Origin: Octopus vulgaris
Lineage: Eukaryota
Assembly: GCA_951406725.2 (NCBI GenBank)
Contig: OX597815.1
Coordinates: forward strand, 37,510,001 to 37,574,000
DNA: 64,000 bases
Reading direction: 5' to 3'
In this document: in pieces, positions 52,962-64,000 of the stretch
Layout: each line of letters opens with the position of its first letter
Position numbering within the stretch: the first letter of the stretch is position 1
Notes under the pieces: model-generated
The model's input: only the letters and a program-made list of their open reading frames with translations
Database searches by the model: none
What the model was told of the DNA's origin: nothing
Translations under genes and position numbers: made by a program

Positions 52962-53215
52962 TAATAGCTGTATATCTTTGATAAGAGACACAATTTAAAG
53001 AATGTTATCAGTTTCTGCAGTTTGATAAATAAATCTTTGATAAAATGAATTTTTTTTAATATACTGGTATAAATTTTAAGTGACTTTGTGTTGAATGAAT
53101 GCATGCTATTAGACAAAATAGCTGTATAACTTTGATATGAGGTACAATTTCAAGAATATTATCAGTTTCCGGAGTTTGTTGAATTAATAATTTTGCTAAA
53201 ATTTATTTTGACAAA
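52962..53215. repeat. Diverged direct duplication, period ~155 bp
   Basis: aatagctgtata..tttgata.gag..acaattt.aagaat.ttatcagtttc at ~52963 and ~53117. Confidence 0.75.
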
Positions 53216-53684
53216 AATGGTCGAAGTGATTTTGTTGTTATGGCTGTTTGGAATGCTATAAGCCTTACTATCAGGACCGATGTTGGCTATTTTTTAAACT
53301 TAAAAACCATGGGAGGAGCCTTGTTGGAAAAAGAATTGTAAATATTTTCAGAGGATAATGTGAGCAATTCAAGGAAGGTTTGGCTGTTTGGCTGTTTGGT
53401 TGTTTCGCGCACAACCCAAGCCAATCTCCGTTTTCACTCTCACATGTGTTGATGTTTTTCCAATATTTTTCTCACATTAAACACATTTTATAGAATGATG
53501 GTACTAAAGTAACACACGCATGGTCCATTGATGCAACAAAAAAAACTTGTAATCTAAATTTTTACCCCTACCTCAATTAAGCGAGCCGTGTGTGTGTAAG
53601 AAAAACATTTTCTAACAGAAAATTGCACGTATGTTTGGAAATTGTGGCAGAAAAGTAATATTGAAGAATATAATGGACGAGTGA

Positions 53685-53702
53685 GAGAGAAAGAGAGAGG
53701 GA

Positions 53703-53772
<70 letters not shown>
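53685..53772. repeat. (GA)n microsatellite
   Basis: Directly visible. Confidence 0.95.
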
Positions 53773-53774
<2 letters not shown>

Positions 53775-54673
53775 TGGGCCAGTTGATACAGATTCACTGA
53801 AGCATGTTTGGCTAATCAAATACGTAGAGAGGTAGAAAGAAGGAGGGGGTGAAGAGAGGATTAGGAGAAAGATAGTTTTAAAAAAGTAATCGAACATCAT
53901 CTGTGTGTTGACAATACACGAGTAGAAACTTTCAAAAATTGTTTTAGAAACTTATGTGCATTGGTTTGGGAAAGTAAAAGTTGAGACAAAACAAGTAGTA
54001 AAACATGTTGAATAGTAGCACTGACAATTGAATCATAGCAAAACTACGCAAACGTTGAGTCAGAGAAGATTGTTTCTGTATTTTTCTTTTTACTCCAAAT
54101 CTAATCAGAAAACATTTTGACTTGCAAAAATTAACTTGTAGCCTGTTGAAATCCTTGTATTAAATTAAGATCATTTCATTTCGAGAAATAAGACGAAACA
54201 TTTTATATGACTTATTTCACCTTTATATAATAAGGTTTCAAGGAATTTTATTTTCAACATAATTAAATTCTATAAAATTATCAGAAGCCTTTGAAATAAG
54301 ACAGTCATATGGTGATGTAGTGATTCTGAGGTCTCGAAACTTAAAAAATAAAATAAATAGATGTCTGAAAGGAATTCTTGATGCCATTTATGTAACACGT
54401 ATTCCAAAAATGTTATTTGTGATGTCAAGTTTTGAGGCAATTTAAGTTATAAATTCCAACTGATATCACCGAATACAGTTTCAGAGTTGTTGACCAAACA
54501 ACAAATTTTACTTTATTATATATCTGCAAAAGTAAATGTTCTGGACGAAAATTGCAGGAAACCTCTTGCCATACTACGAGCTCACTGATCATGATTTCAT
54601 ATTAAGTGTAAAGGCTTGTAAACAATATATATATTATTGCAATTACCTGCACACATCAAGTTTTTATATGTTA

Positions 54674-55064
54674 CTAGCAGTATCGCCCGGCGTTGCTCGG
54701 GTTTGTAAGGGAAATAACTATATAAGCATTTTTAGAGATGTAAAGTATAATAGCCATCTCAATATGGCTAACCACAAAGGGGGTGTTACTGTAGCTTTTT
54801 ACGTTCTGAGATTTAATAATAAATTTTTAGAGAGTTACGTCCCTTATATATGCCAAAAATGCATTAAAAATGGGAAAAATTAAGGGTAATTTTTTTTTAT
54901 CGTAGACTCATCGTAGACGCGCGCTAATACCCAGAAGGGCTCGATATGAATCACGACTATAAGATATCCGGTTTTGGTTAAACTGCACCGCAAAATGTGG
55001 GAGTAGTTAGGAACCTAAATCGTAGGAGACAGACAGCACACAACCTCACTTTTATATATAAAGA
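54674..55064 (-). mobile_element. Non-autonomous Helitron
   Basis: Minus strand starts TC(TTTATATATAAAAG), ends with GC-rich hairpin ccgagcaacgccggg followed by CTAG, and is inserted between A and T. Confidence 0.85.
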
Positions 55065-56589
55065 TTTGCACTAATGTAATATTGACATCCAACTAGTCTT
55101 ATCCATTGAGCTCGAAAGTCAAAAGCTACAATTCGAAGATACCTCATACTTATATCGACATACTATATTTTTTAAGAAACATTTTTCTTTAAAACTGTCC
55201 TGATGTCTCGAAAAGCCAGTGGACATGTAATAAAATAATTGTTATCCTATTTTCAGGATAACCAGCATATCTTTCCTAATTAGTGAAATCATGTATATGT
55301 AGCTATCAATAATTAGTTTCTGTTATTGAATATCTGAGCATCTGTTACACTAGAGTATTTTATTAACGTTTACAGATCAGTGGAAATGACTGATGCAACG
55401 TCATTTAAAAGTCATTTGCTATTAATAATTTACTCTTAGATAAAGCTTCATTTAGGGTTCAGAATTTGGTAGGGAATTATGGAGAAAAGGATTTTGTTCA
55501 TGCAACACACCTTCTTTCTCTACATCGCCAGTGTAAACCATGAGAAAGGAAAACATCACTTGAGCCTACAGCCAACGTTGCAGTCGCAAAACGTTACCAG
55601 GACGGTGCTGAAACAATTATCGAGTTGATATTTAGAGAACCCATGTCCGATTTAAAGGCAGACAAAGACAAAAGAGGGACTTTGGATTTGATTCCAAACA
55701 GTGGGGTTGCTATTTTTCAGTGCTACAGGAACTCTTTAAAACAACAAATCAATACGTGAATTATATGATAGTTATTCATACACTGCAGCGCATACTTTTA
55801 CGCTAAATAGATTGTGTTATCTGGCAGTTACGTCTCTTGGCAATGGACTAGCATACAATAATGTTCATGCGTAAATCGACCTAACCTTCGATCTCACTGG
55901 GGAAAATCCAAATCTCTCGGTATTATATCAACTCCATCTTGCGTTCCTTTTAATCCTTTACTTTAAATTTAAATTTAGCTGATCATTATTCTGTTTTTAA
56001 AAAATTGTTGCATTCTGCAGGGAATAAATAAAATCAACTGTAACGTTATTAAAAGAAACACTTTTATTTGACAGCACATTTTTCTAAGCGCCATGTTTAT
56101 ATTGGTAAAGGAAGATTAGTTAGGAATATTCAAATATACTCAACAAAATCGATAGAAACATGAATTCCTCTATAAAAGTAGTTGCGGATAAATTTTTTCA
56201 TTATTTTTTTGCGCGAATTTTGCATTCTAATACCATAACAGAACAATATCAAGTGTTTCATCTTCTCTTAAATTTATAAAAACCCAATTTTGTTATTTGC
56301 ACGACATATTTAATGAACGGTGGGGTACAGAAGAGCACCAACCTTTCAAACAAAATATTCATGAAGTAAAGTTATCAAATTTAGATAAGTTCTCGTGCAG
56401 CGAGAAGACACAGTAAGCCGTTCACTAGAGAGAGCATTGAGATTATTAGTATGAATAATGTGTGACGAAGAGGTGAGATAAAACTGTCAAATAAGGGAGG
56501 TAACTAGTTGATCCTTGGATTTGTTTTTTACTTTCAAGTATTAACACAGACACACTACAAGATCCATATTTAGTAAATAGAATAAAATA

Positions 56590-56801
56590 AATGGTTGTAT
56601 ACTGTCAATCTAACACGAACGAGACAGTAGGGGTACACCACCGCTGTATAGCCCTAGGAAGCATCGACGCCTCCTGATGGCTTTGACACATTTTTCCCTG
56701 TGTCAAAGCCATCAGGAGGCGTCGATGCTTCCTAGGGATATACAGCGGTGGTGTACCCCCCTACTGTCACGTTCGTGTTAGATTGACAGCATACAACCAT
56801 T
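56590..56801. repeat. Near-perfect ~100-bp-arm palindrome
   Basis: Arms 56590-56690 and 56699-56801, loop tttttccc, few mismatches. Confidence 0.95.
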
Positions 56802-57834
56802 CTATCGCCCCACCACCGTACATGTCTCTACGAGAGATTTAGAAATTTAGTATTTCTTTTAATAAAATAAATGATCTCTTTCTAATATCCTAAAAAAGAG
56901 ATTTTCTTCCACTTCTGAAAGCTTACAAGGTACTGTACATTATAAATTTCTATCACTACTGTTCCATCCAGCAGCCTATTTTTACAACTGTCCTGATTAA
57001 ATAAGGGTTGAAAGTAAGATTTTTTAAAAATAGTACTAAACAAAGAGGGTCCTTATCAATATGAAAGTCAACAGAGCAAGAAACATTCTCTTACCCAGAT
57101 CTGCTCTGGTGATAAAATACAGAATTAAAAAATATTCCTTTGTCTAGTGTTGGAAAAAACAGTCATACTATTTATTGTTTACTTCGATATGACTATTACT
57201 AAAAATGGCAAAGCGTGCTTTGTTCAGCAACTCTTATTTTAAAAATATACGATAAAATTATTTGTTGCTTTGTATTTTATTAAATTGTCTCTGGACGTTT
57301 CATGACCAATAAATATTGTTTATTCTATAGTGACCCAAATTAATGTTTACTGGCTTTATCCCCATGATCCAGACTGGTCACTCAATTAAAGAGAAAAAAA
57401 GGAGAAAAAGTAGAAGTGAATTTCTACGTATACATACTTGTGTGTATGTATATCTAAGAGTTAATATAAATGATAATTCAGGATAATAATTATTCAAATT
57501 AATTGTAAAAAATATATTTCTATGAATACGAAATTTGATCAGTAAATCTTTAAAATAGAAGAGCATCTTGTCAAAACAACGCTAGACATTTAGACTCCAA
57601 TTAAGATTTCACTGCAACTGTTGCTCAGACTATAAAAACCCAACACAACCCACTTCATTCACCATTAGTTAATTACGTGACATCTTTGACCGAAAATCTT
57701 CTACATAGAACGAATAACATTACACATCTTACAGGTAATATACAACACGAGCTTTGATTTAATGCTTAAAATAAAATACTGAATTAATTTTCGATAAAAT
57801 TTCATGTGTTTTAATAGAGAATATTTAACTTCAA

Positions 57835-57992
57835 GGCGGAAAACTGGTACAGTCGTTAGAATGTCGACAAAAGTGCTTTGCGATCCATGTTCCGGCTTCC
57901 TATACTCTGATTTCAAGTCCCACTAAGTTAACTACGACCATCCTCCTTACGGAGTCACTAGATAACGCACCAGTTCATTACTGAGGTCAGTT
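57835..57992 (+). mobile_element. Old degenerate SINE
   Basis: Weak similarity to the GAGCTGGCAGAA family. Confidence 0.45.
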
Positions 57993-58619
57993 AATCTCTT
58001 TCTGTTTCGCAAATGTCACGTGGTGGGAAGTTCCATGGGTCCCTTTCTCCAGGAAAAAATCGTTGTGCACGCGTCTTGCATTTTCGTTTTTAGATAAATA
58101 ATGTAAGTGACCGCCATAAGACTGTCCGATGTCCAGTACAACATAGAACCGTAAAATGCAAACACAAGATTTGTTTTTAAATTAATGACAGAGAAATAGC
58201 AGGATCGCTATTAGTGTGCTGCTGAGTGTTTCGTGGAATTTGTTCCGACTTTCTCTTCTCTCAGATCAAGTTCTTCATTTCGGCGTCGATGAAAGAGTAC
58301 GAATGCAGGATGTTGCTTTGGCATTACTTTATGGTTATAGGACCAGAGACCTAACGGTATTCATTCTGACTCTTTGCACACTAAGTTAAATCCCTGTATG
58401 TAGTTGTTTTAATCCCTTGCGCTGTTTAACCTCACCACTTGGCAGATTTGATGATCTTAGCGAGGTCCACTTGAAAGTCGCTTCGCACTCACAGAATTTC
58501 GAGCTCTCTCATTCTTCTGAGCATCTTGGGCAAGTGTCTTCTATAGTAACTTAAGGAAGACGGGAAAAAAATTGTTTCGCAGATGAAACCCGGCGACAGC
58601 ACGATAAAAGTTTCTCTGT

Positions 58620-58822
<203 letters not shown>

Positions 58823-59567
58823 CAGGCATCCGTGAATATGATGTATGTTTGTGTGGGCATTTGTATATATCTGTATTTATGACTGTCTTTTCTCTGACAC
58901 TGCTTGACAAAGCTGTGCATTCGTTTATGCCCTGTAATGTTGAGGTCCGACTAAAACAATTCACAGTAGTGCACCAGTATGATAGCAACCCAATGTCTAA
59001 AACCAAGAAAAGTGTCATATGTATATGTGGTATACATATATGTATACAAACACATACACGTATGTATGCGAAGTTCTATCATTTGAATTCTATAACGGTA
59101 TCTTAACTTATATTAAATCGGTGAGAACTTTACAATCTCCATAACTAAAAACATTTTATTTCCATTTTTTATGGTTCCCTTCATACTTTCTTTTCACATT
59201 GTTTCATTTTTTAAAAATATTTCTCCCTTCTTTTCAGTCCCTCCCTTTTTGATCTATGTCCATTCCTTCTTTTCCCACCTGAACATTTTTCTCTCATAGA
59301 TTTGTGAATCATTGTGTTCTAAATTTCGTTAATGCTCTCATAACTTGATGCTTTTCAGCAATCCTGTTTTAAATACTGCTAAATTTGCATTACGAGGGTT
59401 TCAAAACTAGAATTTCATCATTTATCATGCCTGGTTTTTCATTGCTCTATAAACGTGGATATTATTGTCAATATTTAGTCGTGTCAAAAAGCGGTAACAC
59501 GAAATACGGAGTAGAAAAATTCGAAACTCTATTTTCATAGATCTTTATCTTCAGAGTGTTTTCTTCG

Positions 59568-59613
<46 letters not shown>

Positions 59614-60096
59614 ATGTGTGTGTGTGTGTATGTATGTATCTATGTATATATATATTTGTATTTATGTGCATCTATAATAAATTCATATATTCATATATAT
59701 ATGCATATATATTTGATACACACACATGCACACACGTATATAATGTATGTATATATTTATGTATATAAGTCCACACATATATATCTCTATCTTTTTCTGT
59801 GAGTATGTGTGTATGTGTATGCATGCGTGTGTGTGTACTACTGAAAGAGATTATGTAAATATATTTAAATTCACTTATAATAATACTTATATGAAACCTC
59901 ATAATAATTTAAACAAAATTGAACGCAATTTTATGACGTCACTATTATTAGTATTCATGAAGGACACAGTCACGCAAAAAACACACACATACACTCACAC
60001 ACACTCACATAAATATATATCATTTCACATACATACATACATGCATACATGCATTCATACATATATACACGCATAGACATGCATATATATACTTAC

Positions 60097-60128
<32 letters not shown>

Positions 60129-61035
60129 GTATACATGCATATGTATATATAAATATTGTGGATTACGAAAGTTGTATAACAAATTCAAGAAGACTTGAAG
60201 CCATTGCGCTCTAAGATGTCTACCCGAATTCTGATTAATCTTTATGATATAAATAATCATGTGTTTTAAAACTTCCGTTAGCTAAATTGATTTTACAGGT
60301 AGAGATAACAGTAGCTGGCGTATTTATACTTTACCAAAGAGTAATATTAGCAAATATATAAAGAGTAATATTCGGGAATTTACATAACTAAAAGAGGTGT
60401 TTCAGCATGAGTTACACTTGCTTCGTCTACCTTATATATATATATATTGGATGTGGTTAACGTAGTGAAGCTCTTAAAATTATTTTAATTTACCTCTGAC
60501 AACTGACAACGTGCGTCTGTTTACACATGAGCAAGACCCATGTTACTTATTTACAATTAAGTTTTCAGTAGCAGTAGCTGTTAAGTGTTTCTCCATTGAC
60601 AATTCTCAAATCACTAATTGGTACAAATTGATGTGCAAACTATTATATCAATTAGGCTGTTACCCTTTGCAGACACCGTAGCTTGTCAATATACAAGCAA
60701 ATACAACGATAGTTACTAATTCAATCATTCACTGGGAAAACGATAAGTTGTGATGTTGATTCTCTTCTTAGGAGCATAATTAAGGAGGCTGCAATATTTT
60801 AAACTGAGTATTGTAATGAAATCACTTAGTTAATTCCTCATGAATTTAAACTATTATCCTGTCCTGTAATGCTGATGTCTGACCACAAAATATGTTCAGA
60901 CAGGTGTAATGTATTGACTCTACGTTAGAATATTAGTGGAATTATTTTATAGAGACTTACAACTAAAAAAGAGCACTCATCGAGCTTTATATATTCTTGC
61001 CGAGCTTTATATATTCTTGGTTGAGTTATTAAGGA

Positions 61036-61381
61036 CTAGCACTATGACCCGGCGTTGCCGGGTCATATGTTAGTGCATGCATATAAAGCTCCTTTCGTGC
61101 GCACATACACGCGAGTACTGTCCAAATCTCCGACAAATCACGTACAGCTAGCTGGCATTCAATTGGCGTATCAAGTTTTGGGCATTTTGGTTGGGTTTTG
61201 GATAGAAAATTCACAAAAAAGTCATTTCTATTGATTTTTTAATGGCTTTGCGAGATGCATGGGGAAATGTAGAGATGTGCACGACCACCCTTAGGCGGTT
61301 TTGAATGACCATAGTAAGTGCGAGCCCTCTAACTGAAAAATTGTGAATTTGTATAAAGGATACACACACATACATTTTGCC

Positions 61382-61440
<59 letters not shown>
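61036..61440 (-). mobile_element. Non-autonomous Helitron (second family)
   Basis: CTAG terminus at 61036 with hairpin tatgacccggc-gtt-gccgggtcata. The other end runs into (TA)n. Confidence 0.7.
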
Positions 61441-61473
<33 letters not shown>

Positions 61474-61915
61474 AGAGTGAGAGATTTTCATAAAAGAATT
61501 AGCAACGTTACGAATTGAAAGCATGTATTTCTTTTCAGAAACACTGTTTAAAATATTGACATAGCGTACAGCACTCATTTTATACATTGTAAATACATGG
61601 AAATCTTGCAGGTGCATCGCAGAAATAAATAGGCAATATGGTACAAATTTACTCTTTGTTATTGTAAAGAACGACAATTCTGATTTTAAAAGTTAAGTGT
61701 TATAACAGGAAAGTAATATTGTGATGCACTGCATTATGGCAAAATATTTGTATAGTAAAAAAATGCACAAAGAATTAAATATACAAAGAATTAGATATAC
61801 AAAAGCACAAAGAATTAGAGTACACAATAATTATGAAGGAAACTTATATACACGTGTGTGTATATTTACTTATTACTATATGGTGTACGACTTTGTAGGC
61901 AATTATATATGAATA

Positions 61916-62296
61916 AATTGATGTATTTAAGTCGTTAAATTAGACATGAACACACACACACACACACAAACGCTCGCTTCGTGGATAGAAAATGTAGTGA
62001 ACACTCAGATGCATTCCAATGACTGATCTAGGATCTTACTTGAAGCTCTGTACCATCACAGTCCATTAACATACTCCTTGGTAACCCACTTCGTAAGACA
62101 ATAACTATTTTCTCTTACGAAATTACTGCTGCATTTACTACGGTTTGTTATAGCTTTATACTATACTACTGAGTATATCTATAGAATTTTAAGCAACACA
62201 CACACTATAAAGCTATAACAAACCGTAGTAAATGCAGCGTTTGTGTGTGTGTGTGTGTGTGTTCATGTCTAATTTAACGACTTAAATACATCAATT
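61916..62296. repeat. Two-segment inverted duplication
   Basis: 61916-61974 is inverted at 62237-62296, and 62128-62160 is inverted at 62206-62238. Confidence 0.9.
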
Positions 62297-62574
62297 ATTC
62301 GATAGTATATTACTACGAATTGATTATTTCTAAAAGTATTTTACATAAGATTTCCGAAAGTTCGTTTAAGTTAGTTTATTTGTATTTTGAAATTAGCTAT
62401 TTCATCTTTAAATATGAAAAATTAAATTTATTAGGTTTTTATTATATGTGAATATACAATTATTTATAGAGATTATTTTAGATCTTAATTATAATATTTA
62501 TATACATTTATATATTTTCATTGATAATTTATATATATTAGTCATTTAAAATATTTATGTAATTAGATATAGAC

Positions 62575-63060
62575 TAATATTGACGCTCGGGAAAATGTGA
62601 AAGTCTTTTACCTTTCGAGTCTACGTACTTCAAGACAAAGGAGCACGAGGAAATAACTGGTTCGAAAAAGGTGGTTAGACAGGAGAGCTAGAAAGAAGGG
62701 GAGATAATAAAATATTGGTGATCCCAAACGAAGGTGTACGTGCGTGCGTGTATGGGAAAGTGTGTGCGTGTGTAAGTGTGCGCGTCTGTAATGTGTATGT
62801 GTGTGGATGATGGTGTGGGTGCTGGAAAGTGGTCAGTGCTAGTGTGGTGTGGTGTGATGTAGCAGTGTTGGGGTGTGGATGGAATGGGTATCAATGAAGA
62901 GAGAAGGTGGGTAGGAGTGAAGAGAGGAAGTAGGTGTCAGGGCAAGAGAGGAGTGGTGGGTAGGATTGAAGAGAGGAAGTAGGTGTCAGATGAAGAGAGG
63001 AGAGGAGGGGAGTCAGATGAAGAGGGGAGCGGAGTTGAGCCCAAACACATAACCTACACA
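62575..63060 (-). mobile_element. PLE-type terminal-repeat remnant with a degenerate HHR (62605-62640)
   Basis: gacgctcgggaa..agtcttttacctttcgagtctacg.acttcaa matches the 30300-30362 family. Confidence 0.55.
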
Positions 63061-63088
63061 TATTTTTTATTTATACACTTATATATAC

Positions 63089-63159
<71 letters not shown>

Positions 63160-63764
63160 CAGAGAGAGAGAGAGATCTGCATATAACTGTGAATATATAA
63201 AAATGAATATAGAAGTGTACATGATCATACATAAATATTACCATCCAAACAGTGTTTGGTTGGTATTTTCATGTAGATTGTTGGGATTATAATTCTGGTA
63301 GCTTCAGTATTATCTTTGGTTCTGCTTTGGTGTGTATTTAGGGATAATATATGCAATGTTCAACAGACAGATTTGTTACGGAAATTATTGCATATGAAGT
63401 TACTAAAACAATCAACTCTTGTTTTCATTTTTTGCCCTTTATTGTTTTCTTTACTTACCTGTGTTATCATTTTCTTTGTTTGCTTGATTTGCTGTCTGTT
63501 TATGATGTTATTAAACTAGCGAAAGATTCCTTGTCACATTTTGAGTGTTGGCGTTGATTTTTCGCTTCAAATATTTCTTCAAAAATTTTCTAAATTCCTC
63601 CTCTCATTATTTGCTTTCTTTCTCTCGTGCTCTATTTTTTTGTTTGATCCCATCTTTCTTTCTGTCATGCTACCGTTCCTTTCTTCTTTGTTTCTTTGTT
63701 CTTTGCTTTCGTTCTATTTCTGTTTATCTATTTATCTATCCGTTTATCTATGTTTATCTATTCT

Positions 63765-63765
<1 letters not shown>

Positions 63766-63830
<65 letters not shown>

Positions 63831-63853
63831 ACATACACATACACACACACACA
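63766..63853. repeat. (CA)n microsatellite
   Basis: Directly visible. Confidence 0.95.
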
Positions 63854-64000
63854 CTTTTCTTAGTTTCCTTTCATTTCATATTAAAGCAATTTGTAATATT
63901 TCAGCGTAAATTTTTTTTTGTGAATGACCTGCAATATTCAATATATATTATTAAATTATACTGCGATATATTCAATTTAGTTTTTCATTTGTATTATAAA

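Noticed and set aside
56670-56700. CTGATGG in the palindrome as an HHR core
   Set aside because: No A9, stem II or GAAA-UH arrangement.

Overview
Eukaryotic, AT-rich, microsatellite-saturated non-genic (intergenic or intronic) DNA. The SINE families and repeat style suggest an octopus or other cephalopod genome (inference). No host protein-coding gene can be confidently called, and most listed ORFs are microsatellite read-throughs. The window is a mosaic of mariner/Tc1 DNA transposons, tRNA-derived SINEs, CR1, RTE and R4/Dong LINE remnants, two non-autonomous Helitrons, an ORF1-only L1/Tx1-like element and several Penelope-like element (PLE) remnants, one retaining an open GIY-YIG endonuclease ORF. 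The main hidden signal is about 10 dispersed minimal type I hammerhead-ribozyme (HHR) motifs with covarying stems and palindromic stem III, often in head-to-head inverted pairs. One of these is a ~335-nt element joining a tRNA-derived Pol III head to an HHR, inserted as an inverted dimer with a 12-bp target-site duplication (48644-49248). All alignments and folds were done by eye, so element boundaries are approximate.
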